A stretch of DNA of 64,000 nucleotides from an uncultured Gemmatimonadales bacterium. GTDB taxonomy: Bacteria > Gemmatimonadota > Gemmatimonadetes > Gemmatimonadales > GWC2-71-9. The position numbers and the translations under genes are program-made. The stretch is taken from assembly GCA_963717315.1 (NCBI GenBank), contig CAVQWA010000053.1, positions 18,217-82,216 of the forward strand. Reading direction: 5' to 3'. The notes under the pieces are model-generated. The model saw nothing but the letters and a program-made list of their open reading frames with translations, did not search any database and had not been told where the DNA came from. Below are positions 29,850 to 40,020 of the stretch, piece after piece (position 1 is the stretch's first letter; each line of letters starts with the position of its first letter).

Positions 29850-30059
29850 CTATCCCCCACCGACGAAATGTACCAACTCCACCTCATCCCCGTCCCCCAC
29901 CGGCGTCGCGCCGAGGTCCGCCCGGCGGACGACGCGCCGATTGAGCTCCGCCACCACCATCCGCGGGTCGAGGCCGAGGTGCGCGATGAGGTCCGAGAGG
30001 GTGGCCGGGGAGGGCACGCGGCGGAGTTCGCCGTTGACCGTGACGCCGATCTCGTTCAC
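29850..30059 (-). CDS. thiS: Sulfur-carrier protein ThiS
   Basis: 69 aa ending in GG. VNGE....P..TL.DL pattern. GTGA overlap with thiE. Confidence 0.85.
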   Translation of the reverse strand: MNEIGVTVNGELRRVPSPATLSDLIAHLGLDPRMVVAELNRRVVRRADLGATPVGDGDEVELVHFVGGG

Positions 30060-30676
30060 GCGTCGCTCCAGCAGGCCAGGAACTCGAGGGCGCGGGCGTG
30101 GGGATCGGGCGCGTCCCAGAGGGCCGAGATGGCGGCCACGCCCCAGGCGCCGGCCCCCCGCAGCGATGGGGTGAGCCCGGGGGTGATGCCGCCGATGGCG
30201 ATCACCGGCCGGCCGAGCCGGGCGAGCCGCTCGATCAGGCCCGGCCCGGCCGTGGGGCCGCCGGGATGCGAGGTGCTCTCGAAGATGGTGCCGGCGAGGA
30301 GGAAGTCGGCGCCTTCCCCGGCCGCGGCGCGGCCCTCCTCCTCGGAATGCACCGACCGCCCGATCCAGCCCTGCGGCAGGGCCCGGCGCGCGTCGCCCGG
30401 CGCCAGGTCGCCGGCCGCCAGTTGCACGCCGTCGGCGCCGAGGGCCGCGGCGATGTCGGGCCGGCCGTTCACGAACACCGCCGCCTCCGGCGGGCGCGCG
30501 AGCGCGACGAAGCGCCGGGTGAGGCGGGCGAGCGCGTCGCCGCCGAGCGCGCGATCCCGGGCGTGGAGGGCCACCGCGGGACCGGCCGCGGCAATCGCGG
30601 CCGCGCGGACCCCGAGGCCCGGGAGGATCGCCACCCGGGCGTCGGTGATCGCGTGGAGGCGGGGCAGGGGTCTCAT
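30056..30676 (-). CDS. thiE: Thiamine-phosphate synthase
   Basis: Internal ATG at 30676 (ATGA overlap with the fmt stop). Motifs: LHAITD, ADGV.L, IGRS.H, GADF...G.IF.T.SH, IGGI. Confidence 0.82.
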   Translation of the reverse strand: MRPLPRLHAITDARVAILPGLGVRAAAIAAAGPAVALHARDRALGGDALARLTRRFVALARPPEAAVFVNGRPDIAAALGADGVQLAAGDLAPGDARRALPQGWIGRSVHSEEEGRAAAGEGADFLLAGTIFESTSHPGGPTAGPGLIERLARLGRPVIAIGGITPGLTPSLRGAGAWGVAAISALWDAPDPHARALEFLACWSDA

Positions 30677-31596
30677 CCGAACCGGGTCCCCGCGGCCACG
30701 CCGCGTCCGCGGGTCCATTCGGTCACGGGCATGCGACGCTTCCCGGCGGGCTGCACTTCGCCCACCTCGAGGGCGCCCGCGGCGGTTGCGATCCGGAGCT
30801 TCCCGTCCGCGGCAAGCACGGTTCCCGGCTCGCCCGCCCCCTCCACCGCGGAGCCGTGGAAGAGCTTCACCGGCTCCCCGTCACGCAGCGCCCAGGCTCC
30901 GGGCGCGGGGTCGTACGCCCGGGTGGCGCGGGCGAGCAGGTCGGCGGCACGCATCCAGTCGAGCCGTGCGGCCTCCCGGGAGACCTTCGGCGCGAAGGTG
31001 GCGGCGTCGTCGTCCTGCGGCTCGGGTCGCGCGGAATCGTCCTCCAGCAGGCCCACCGCCTCGAGCAGGGTGTCGGCGCCGAGCTGGGCCAGGCGCTCGG
31101 CCAGCTCGCCCGCCGTCTCGTGCGCCCCGATCGGCGTCGCGGCGCGCAGCAGGACGGGCCCGGAGTCGAGCCCGGCCTCCATCTCCATGACGCTGACCCC
31201 GGTGACCGGGTCGCCGGCGAGAATCGCCGCCTGGATCGGGGCCGCCCCACGCCAGCGCGGGAGCAGGGAGGCGTGCACGTTGATCATCCCGCCGGGCGGG
31301 ACCTCGAGGACCGCGGGACGGAGGATGTGGCCGTAGGCGACGACCACGCCAAGGTCGGCCTGGGCACGGCGCAGGGTCTCGACGAAGAGGTCGCCCGCGG
31401 GACGCTCGGGCTGGAGCACGGGAATCCCGTGCGCGAGCGCGATCTCCTTGACTGCCGGCGGGACGAGGAGCGAGCGGGAGCGGCCCTGCGGACGGTCGGG
31501 CTGGGTGACCACGGCGACCACGTCGTGCCCCGCGTCGAGCAGCGCCCGGAGGGAGGGGACCGCGAACCCGGGAGTGCCGAAGAACGCCACCCGCAT
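30673..31596 (-). CDS. fmt: Methionyl-tRNA formyltransferase
   Basis: Internal ATG at 31596, 307 aa. Motifs: MRVAFFGTP.FAVP.L, VVTQPDRP.GR, INVH.SLLPRWRGAAPIQ.AIL.GD..TGV..M.M...LD.G. Confidence 0.92.
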   Translation of the reverse strand: MRVAFFGTPGFAVPSLRALLDAGHDVVAVVTQPDRPQGRSRSLLVPPAVKEIALAHGIPVLQPERPAGDLFVETLRRAQADLGVVVAYGHILRPAVLEVPPGGMINVHASLLPRWRGAAPIQAAILAGDPVTGVSVMEMEAGLDSGPVLLRAATPIGAHETAGELAERLAQLGADTLLEAVGLLEDDSARPEPQDDDAATFAPKVSREAARLDWMRAADLLARATRAYDPAPGAWALRDGEPVKLFHGSAVEGAGEPGTVLAADGKLRIATAAGALEVGEVQPAGKRRMPVTEWTRGRGVAAGTRFG

Positions 31597-32131
31597 CAGG
31601 CGGACCGCGGGGTCTTCGGCTCCGGCTGCTTGAGGAAGCTCGCGTCGTCCTTGTGGGCCTTGCGGTACTTCGCCAGCAGGAGGGAGCGCTTGAGGGCGCT
31701 CAGCCGGTCGAGGAAGAGGAGGCCGTCGAGGTGGTCGATCTCGTGCTGGATGGCGCGCGCCTTGAGGCCGCCGGCCTCCAGGCGGTAGGGCTGGCCCTCC
31801 CGGTCGAGCGCCGCGATCACCACGCGGTCGGGCCGGGTGACGTCCCCGAAGTGGTCGGGAATGCTGAGGCATCCCTCCTCCGCCGTCGCGCGGCCGGAGG
31901 CCTCGACGATCACGGGGTTCACCATCGCGAAGCGCTCCCCCTCGGCGTCCACCACGGCCACCCGCAGCGCCTCGCCCACCTGGTTGGCCGCCAGCCCCAC
32001 GCCCTCGGCGGCATCCATCGTCTCGAAGAGGTCGTCGATGAACCGGCGCACCCCTTCGTCCACGACGGACACCTCGGCGCTCCGCTGGCGGAGCACCGGC
32101 GAGCCGAGGAGGTGGATGGGGCGGATGGCCA

Positions 32132-32132
<1 letters not shown>
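31596..32132 (-). CDS. def: Peptide deformylase
   Basis: 178 aa. Motifs: G.GLAA.Q.G, EGCLS.P, and QHE.DHL.G. Confidence 0.92.
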
Positions 32133-34707
<2,575 letters not shown>

Positions 34708-34718
<11 letters not shown>

Positions 34719-35736
34719 AGAGCGTGTCCTGCGAGGCGGGCGGCGTGAAGCCGAAGCGCCGGTAGGCGTGCGCGGTGGCGCAGCGGCCCCGCGGGGTGCG
34801 TTCGAGGAAGCCCTGCTGCAGGAGGTAGGGCTCGTAGACCTCCTCGAGCGTGCCGGCGTCTTCCCCGACCGCGGCAGCCACCGTGTTGAGGCCCACCGGC
34901 CCGCCGCCGAACTTCTCGATGATCGTCGTGAGGATCCGGGCGTCCATGTCGTCGAGCCCGAACTCGTCCACGTTGAGCCGGGCCAGCGCCTCCCGTGCCA
35001 CGGCGACGGTGATCCGGCCGTCGGCCTTCACCTGGGCGTAGTCCCGCACCCGGCGGAGCAGCCGGTTCGCCACCCGCGGCGTGCCCCGGCTCCGGCGCGC
35101 GATCTCGAGCGCCCCCTCGGCCTCGAGCGGCGCCTGCAGGAGCGCCGCCGAGCGGGTCACGATCCGCAGGAGGTCCTCCGGCGGATAGAAGCCGAGCCGC
35201 TCGACCAGGCCGAAGCGCGCGCGCATCGGTGGCGTCAGCAGCCCGAAGCGCGTCGTGGCGCCGACCAGCGTGAAGCGCTCCAGCGCCATCGGCACCGTCT
35301 GCGCATTCGGCCCGTCGGCCAGCCGCACGTCCACCCGGAAGTCCTCCATCGCAGGGTAGAGGTATTCCTCGAGGGCGGGGCGGAGGCGGTGGATCTCGTC
35401 GATGAAGAGGACATCGCCGGGGCCGAGGCCGGTGAGCATGCCCACCAGGTCCCCGGGGCGCTCGAGCACCGGACCGGAGGTGGACCGGAACTGGGTCCCC
35501 ATCTCGCGCGCGAGAAGCTGTGCGAGCGTGGTCTTCCCGAGGCCCGGCGGTCCGAAGAAGAGGACGTGGTCGAGCGCCTCGCCCCGCTGCCGCGCCGCGT
35601 CGATGGCGATCTGGAGCGAGGTGCGCACCTGCTCCTGGCCCACGAACTCCTCGAGGCGCGACGGCCGGAGGGTCGCCTCGGGCGCGGACTCGTCCGGCAG
35701 CGCGTCAGGGGTGGTGATCTCGACCCGCGACGTCAC
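34708..35736 (-). CDS. ruvB: Holliday junction branch-migration ATPase RuvB
   Basis: 342 aa with GTG start preceded by AGGAG. Motifs: [25 protein letters not shown], and a winged-helix C-terminus. Confidence 0.94.
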
Positions 35737-35746
35737 TCGGCACTCC

Positions 35747-35923
35747 TCATGAGGCCAGCCGTGCCTCCCACCTCACCGGGCGGCTGGCGGGCGCGATGAT
35801 GTGGGCGGTGTGGCAGGAGACGCAGGAGTCGGTGACCTGCGTGGCGTTGAGCGGGACGAGGCGGCGGTTGGTGACGCCGCAGCGGGTGCAGTTCCACTCG
35901 GCGGTCCGGGCCACGACGGTCAT
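35747..35923 (-). CDS. 58-aa zinc-ribbon protein (CxxC-x18-CxxC) between ruvA and ruvB
   Basis: Not in the ORF track because it is under 60 aa. Hand translation: [60 protein letters not shown] at nearly all third positions. The ATG overlaps the ruvA stop (TGATG). The ORF ends 10 nt before the ruvB GTG and contains the ruvB RBS. Confidence 0.6.
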   Translation of the reverse strand: MTVVARTAEWNCTRCGVTNRRLVPLNATQVTDSCVSCHTAHIIAPASRPVRWEARLAS

Positions 35924-36525
35924 CAGCGTCCTCCCCTGGGGGCCAGCTTCTGGAGTGCGCGGCGCACCAGCGCCGCGGTGTCGGCGGGCGCGCCGTCGGC
36001 GAGGGCCCGGCGCACCGCGTCGTCCGCCTCGGGGGGCCCGTACCCGAGGGAGACCAGCGCCTGGGCGGCGGCCTCGGCGCCCGTCGGCGGCGCCGGAGCG
36101 GCCGTCGCCGTGACCGGCAGGTCGGCGAAGCGGTCGCGCAGTTCGAGCACCAGCCGCTCCGCCTTCTTCCGGCCCACGCCGCTGACCGTGCTGAGCGCCG
36201 CGAGGTCCTTCTCCCGGATGCTCCGGACCGTACGCTCGGGCCCGAGGGTGGAGAGCGTCGCGAGCGCGAGCTTCGGCCCGAACCCCGCCGCCTCGAGGAG
36301 CCGGCGGAAGACGGCGCGCTCCCCGGGCCGGTCGAAGCCGAAGAGGGTCCAGCCGTCCTCCCGCACCACCAGCTCCGTGTGCAGCGCCACCCGTCCGCCC
36401 GGCGCCGGCAGCCGAGCCGCGACGCCGAGCGGCACGTGGACGGCGTACGCCACGCCGCCGTCGGTCTGCACCAGCGCCTCCTCGCCATCGAGGGCGGCGA
36501 GCGTCCCCGTGAGGCCTGCGATCAT
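35923..36525 (-). CDS. ruvA: Holliday junction DNA-binding protein RuvA
   Basis: Internal ATG at 36525, 200 aa. Sequence: MIAGLTG.L.......L.V...GV.Y.V.V....A.L, L.T.LVVRED...LFGF, HhH motif VSGVG.K.AER. ATGA overlap with ruvC. Confidence 0.9.
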   Translation of the reverse strand: MIAGLTGTLAALDGEEALVQTDGGVAYAVHVPLGVAARLPAPGGRVALHTELVVREDGWTLFGFDRPGERAVFRRLLEAAGFGPKLALATLSTLGPERTVRSIREKDLAALSTVSGVGRKKAERLVLELRDRFADLPVTATAAPAPPTGAEAAAQALVSLGYGPPEADDAVRRALADGAPADTAALVRRALQKLAPRGGR

Positions 36526-37028
36526 CGGGCCGTCCGACGCGGCGCCCGGGCCGGCTGGCCGGCGAGCATCAGGTGGGTGAGGGCGAGCGCCACGCCGTCG
36601 GCGGCATCGGCGGGTGAAGGGGCGCGGTCGAGCCGCAGGAGCTTCGCCACCATCCATCCGACCTGGGCCTTCTGCGCCGCGCCCCGGCCGACGACCGTCT
36701 TCTTCACCAGCCCGGGCGCGTACTCCGCCACCGCGACGCCGGCCTCCTCGGCCGCCAGCAGGACCACGCCCCTCGCGTGCCCAAGCACGACCGTGGTCCG
36801 GACGTTCCGGCTGTAGAAGACGCCCTCGACTGCCACCGCGTCGGGCCGGTGCCGCGCGAGGACCTCCCCGAGCCCGGCGTGGATCGCGCGAAGCCGTCCC
36901 GGGAGGGCGCCCTCGCCGGCGCGGATGACGCCGCACTCCAGCAGCCGGGCCCCGGCGCGACCCGGGATTCCCTCGACCACCCCGAAGCCGGTGACCGTGG
37001 ACCCCGGATCCACGCCGAGCACCTTCAC
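36522..37028 (-). CDS. ruvC: Crossover junction endodeoxyribonuclease RuvC
   Basis: 168 aa with GTG start. Motifs: LG.DPGS..TG.GV.E, VAVE..F...N......LG.ARG, KK...G.G.A.K.QV, and DAADALA.A..H-like. Confidence 0.9.
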   Translation of the reverse strand: MKVLGVDPGSTVTGFGVVEGIPGRAGARLLECGVIRAGEGALPGRLRAIHAGLGEVLARHRPDAVAVEGVFYSRNVRTTVVLGHARGVVLLAAEEAGVAVAEYAPGLVKKTVVGRGAAQKAQVGWMVAKLLRLDRAPSPADAADGVALALTHLMLAGQPARAPRRTAR

Positions 37029-37038
37029 GCCGCCGCCG

Positions 37039-37785
37039 TCAGGCGGACGCCTCGATCATGGAGGCGTCGATGTCGAAGTTCGAGAAGACCCTGGAGACGT
37101 CGTCCAGGTCCTCGAGGACCTCCAGGAGGCGGAGCAGCTGCTCGGCGTCCTTCCCCTCGAGCCGGACGGTGTTCTTCGGCACCATCGCCAGGCCGGCCTC
37201 GAGGAAGGTGTAGCCCCGGGCGCGCATCGCGTCCTGCACCGCAGGGAAGTCGTTCGGCGCGGTGGTGATCACGTACTCGTCGCCCTCCCGGGCGAAGTCC
37301 TCGGCCCCGGCCTCGAGCGCGTCCTCGAGCGCGCGATCCTCGGGCCAGCGGGACGCGTCGAGGGAGAGCTGCCCCTTCCGGTCGAACATCCAGGCGACGG
37401 AGTTCGACGTGCCGAGGTTGCCCCCGTTGCGGCTGAAGGCGTGGCGCACTTCGGCCACGGTCCGGTTGGCGTTGTCGGTGGTGGCCTCGACGAAGATCGC
37501 CGCGCCGCCCGGCCCGTAGCCCTCGTACGCCACCTCCTCGTACGTGGTGCCCTCGAGCTCGCCGGTGCCCTTCTTGATGGCGCGGTCGATGTTGTCGTTG
37601 GGCATGTTCACCGCGCGAGCCGCGTCCACGGCGGTGCGCAGGCGCGGGTTGCCCGCCGGGTCGCCACCGCCGGCCTTCGCGGCCACGGTGATCTCGCGGA
37701 TCACCTTGGTCCAGGCGGAGGCGCGCTTGGCGTCCGTGGCCGCCTTCTTGTGCTTGATCTGCTTCCACTTGCTGTGGCCGGCCAT
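37039..37785 (-). CDS. yebC: YebC/PmpR-family DNA-binding transcriptional regulator
   Basis: 248 aa. Sequence: MAGHSKW..IKHKKA..DAKR...FTK-like, GGDP..NPRLR.A...A...NMP.D.I.RAI.KG. Confidence 0.92.
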   Translation of the reverse strand: MAGHSKWKQIKHKKAATDAKRASAWTKVIREITVAAKAGGGDPAGNPRLRTAVDAARAVNMPNDNIDRAIKKGTGELEGTTYEEVAYEGYGPGGAAIFVEATTDNANRTVAEVRHAFSRNGGNLGTSNSVAWMFDRKGQLSLDASRWPEDRALEDALEAGAEDFAREGDEYVITTAPNDFPAVQDAMRARGYTFLEAGLAMVPKNTVRLEGKDAEQLLRLLEVLEDLDDVSRVFSNFDIDASMIEASA

Positions 37786-37853
37786 CGTCCCGCTCCCGTG
37801 CGTACCGAACGCGCAAATGTACCGGCGGCGCGGCCCCGGCGGCAGTCCGGCGC

Positions 37854-37882
37854 TTGACCCTCCCGCCCACCGCCGCTAGTCT
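37854..37882 (+). promoter_or_regulatory. Promoter TTGACC-N17-TAGTCT giving a leaderless or near-leaderless lipoprotein mRNA
   Basis: TTGACC at 37854-37859, an exact 17-nt spacer, then TAGTCT at 37877-37882. The ATG at 37892 is only 9 nt past the -10 box and has no Shine-Dalgarno. Confidence 0.45.
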
Positions 37883-37891
37883 CCGCCCCCT

Positions 37892-38359
37892 ATGCTGCCA
37901 CGCCGCCTGCACTCCCTTGTCGTCCTCGCCATTCTCCTGCCCGCCGCCGCCTGTGGACAGGAAGAGAGGCGGCCGGTTCCGCCGTCGGTCAGCGAGGCGT
38001 TCGCCGAGGTGCCCCTTCCCCCCGACGCGTCGTACGTGGGCCGGTCCGGAGGCGAGGGCGCGCTGACGATCTCGCTCCGCTCCGGGCAACCCTACGAGGT
38101 CGTCCTCGATTATTACCGGAAGCTGCTCGGGGTGGCGCCCTGGCACATCCGGAGCGACGCGCGGGACGGGGAGTCGGGCCGCGTGATCTACGCGGAGCTC
38201 GGCGGGCGGCCGATCTGGGTGCGGCTCCGGCCGGAAGGGACGGCGTGGACGCTGGTGGACCTGACCGGGGCGGTGGCAAGCAAGGTGACCGACTCGCTCG
38301 AGGCCCGTCCGGACTCCGCTCGGCCGGCTGACACGACCGCCGCCAACAGCGCCTCCTGA
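37892..38359 (+). CDS. Hypothetical lipoprotein
   Basis: 155 aa. Signal peptide with a lipobox-like LPAAAC. No family recognised. Confidence 0.65.
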   Translation: MLPRRLHSLVVLAILLPAAACGQEERRPVPPSVSEAFAEVPLPPDASYVGRSGGEGALTISLRSGQPYEVVLDYYRKLLGVAPWHIRSDARDGESGRVIYAELGGRPIWVRLRPEGTAWTLVDLTGAVASKVTDSLEARPDSARPADTTAANSAS

Positions 38360-38393
38360 CGCCTGCCGGACCCCGGATCGCCGCGGGTTGCCC

Positions 38394-38771
38394 TCAGGGG
38401 CGGCCCGCGGCGAGTGTCTTCGCCCGGGCCGAGGCTTCGGCCACCGCCTGCGCGGCTTCGGTACCGGCCCCTTCCCGGGCGGGGGCCACGAGTTGGGCCA
38501 GTGCGGCGGCGACAGCCGATGCCCGCGGTTCTCGCAGCTCCTCGAGGGCGCCTGCGAGGGCCCGCCGCAGGGGGGTCGGCAGCGTAAGGCTCGAGAGCCG
38601 CTGCTCGAGCGCGGCCACCCGCCTCCGATGCGCCCGGTCCCCCACCGGCGGCTCGAGCAGGACCCCCTCCGCCACCCGGCAGACGAGCCAGAGCGCGAAG
38701 AGCCCCTCCCGCCGCGGACCGCGGACGGCCTGCGCCAGCAGCTCGAGGAGGCGGTTCTCGGTTGGCGTCAT
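38394..38771 (-). CDS. Hypothetical helical protein
   Basis: Internal ATG at 38771, 125 aa (MTPTENRLLELLAQAV...). Third positions are G/C-rich. The overlapping plus-strand ORF looks less protein-like. Confidence 0.5.
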   Translation of the reverse strand: MTPTENRLLELLAQAVRGPRREGLFALWLVCRVAEGVLLEPPVGDRAHRRRVAALEQRLSSLTLPTPLRRALAGALEELREPRASAVAAALAQLVAPAREGAGTEAAQAVAEASARAKTLAAGRP

Positions 38772-38853
38772 CGCCGGGGCTTCAGTGCCGGCGTCGATCC
38801 GGGGGGGCGTGGGGAACTCCGGGCGAGAGGGACGGCGCAAGCTTAGCCACCGG

Positions 38854-38901
38854 GGCGGGGAGAGGGGAGAGGGGAGAGGGCCCCTCTCCCCTCTCCCCGC
38901 C
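38854..38901. repeat. GGGGAGA/TCTCCCC heptamer hairpin element, copy b
   Basis: Perfect 21-bp stem: GGCGGGGAGAGGGGAGAGGGG (38854-38874), loop AGAGGG, then CCCCTCTCCCCTCTCCCCGCC (38881-38901). It abuts the GT9 stop codon (38901-38903). Confidence 0.9.
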
Positions 38902-39923
38902 TACCCCCCCATCCCCTCCAACCCCGCCCCCACTTCGGCCGGACTGATGTCGCGCAGGCAGCGGTGGTGGCCCAGGGGGCATACCGGTCCGCCGTGAGAG
39001 GAGCAGGGGCGACAGGGCAGGTCGCGTTCCAGCACGGTGGCGCGGGCCCGGTAGGGAAAGAACCCGAATTGGCGCACCGTCGGCCCGAACAGCGCCACGA
39101 TGGGGGTGCCGACGGCGGTGGCCATGTGCATCACGCCGGTGTCGCCCGCGGCGGCGGCGGCGGCCGCGGACAGCAGGCCGCCGGTCCCCTGCAGGGTCGC
39201 CTCGCCGGCAGCACACGCGGCGCGGGCGCCCCCGCTCTCCGCGATCGATGTCGCGAGCGCCCGGTCCTCCGGCCCGCCGACCACCACGACGTCGCTGCCG
39301 CGCGCGGTGAGGGACCCCACGAGCGCCTGCCACGACTCCGCCGGCCAGCGCTTGGTGGCGTGGGCCGCTCCCGGCGCGAGGGCGACGAGCCGTCGCTCGC
39401 GTCCCAGGTTCCGCGCCCCGAGCCAGGCGCGGGCCCAGGCGACCGCGTCGGGGTGCAAGCCGAACTCGGGGGGACCGCCGTCCGGCTGCACGTCCAGCCC
39501 CGCCGCCGCCTGGAAATACCGCTCCGCCACCGGGAGTGCACCGGAGGGGTAGCGGTTGAGCTTGTGGCGGACCAGGAGCCAGCGCGCCGCGCGATGGTGG
39601 GAGAACGTGCCCCACCGGCCCCGCACCAGGCGCCGAAGCGCCCGGGTGCGCAGGCTCCCGTGCAGGTCGAGGAGGTGGGTGAAGCGCCCCGCGCGGATCC
39701 GCGCGGCGAGCGACCGGAGCGGCTCGCCCGGGCCGAGGCCGTGCACCTCGTCAAGGTGCGGGTTGTCGGTGAGGAGGGGGAGGAACGCCGCGCGGGTGAA
39801 GGCCGCGAGGTGGGCCTCCGGGTGCCGCCTCCGGAGCGCGCGCACCAGCGGCGTCGTCAGCAGGATGTCGCCGATGGCGCTGAAGCGGAGCAGGAGGATG
39901 CGGGGCGGGGCGGGGGCCGGCAC
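38901..39923 (-). CDS. Glycosyltransferase family 9 (ADP-heptose:LPS heptosyltransferase-like)
   Basis: 340 aa with GTG start. Motifs: ILLLRFSAIGD.LLTTP..RALR...P, K.WP...W..L, D.G.MH.A.A.G.P.VALFGPT. Confidence 0.85.
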   Translation of the reverse strand: MPAPAPPRILLLRFSAIGDILLTTPLVRALRRRHPEAHLAAFTRAAFLPLLTDNPHLDEVHGLGPGEPLRSLAARIRAGRFTHLLDLHGSLRTRALRRLVRGRWGTFSHHRAARWLLVRHKLNRYPSGALPVAERYFQAAAGLDVQPDGGPPEFGLHPDAVAWARAWLGARNLGRERRLVALAPGAAHATKRWPAESWQALVGSLTARGSDVVVVGGPEDRALATSIAESGGARAACAAGEATLQGTGGLLSAAAAAAAGDTGVMHMATAVGTPIVALFGPTVRQFGFFPYRARATVLERDLPCRPCSSHGGPVCPLGHHRCLRDISPAEVGAGLEGMGG

Positions 39924-39949
39924 GGTGGGAAGCTAGCCCGGGCCGGGGT

Positions 39950-40006
39950 GGAAGGGAGAGGGGAGGGGGAGCGGGGCCGTCTCCCCTCTCCCCTCTCCCC
40001 TCTCCC
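39950..40006. repeat. GGGGAGA/TCTCCCC heptamer hairpin element, copy c (in a divergent promoter region)
   Basis: G-arm 39950-39976, then ccgt, then C-arm (CTCCCCT)x3-like at 39981-40006. GGGAGAGGGGAG (39954-39965) can pair with CTCCCCTCTCCC in three 7-nt registers. The element ends 14 nt before the ATG at 40021. Confidence 0.85.
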
Positions 40007-40020
40007 GTTAGTTTTCCCCC

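Noticed and set aside
29700-30760. Expected TPP riboswitch for the thiESG genes
   Set aside because: There is no intergenic space, because thiE overlaps fmt. No THI-box core was recognised by eye. It is reported as an absence in the findings, not as a feature.
35733-36488. 251-aa minus-strand ORF spanning the ruvA-ruvB junction
   Set aside because: It is out of frame with the ruvA motifs and gives an Arg/Trp/Ser-rich junk translation. The real content is ruvA (35923-36525) plus the 58-aa zinc-ribbon ORF in a different frame.
38772-38851. Sigma-54-like promoter TGGCTAAGCTTGC upstream of the hypothetical gene at 38394-38771 (minus strand). Also GGCACGAAAACCCAGCA at 23291-23307 and TGGCACGCGTCTTCGA at 17383-17398
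   Set aside because: The GG-to-GC spacing is 2 nt too short or too long, and sigma-54 promoters tolerate no spacing change. The third site also has no TTGC element (it reads TTCGA) and lies inside a coding region.
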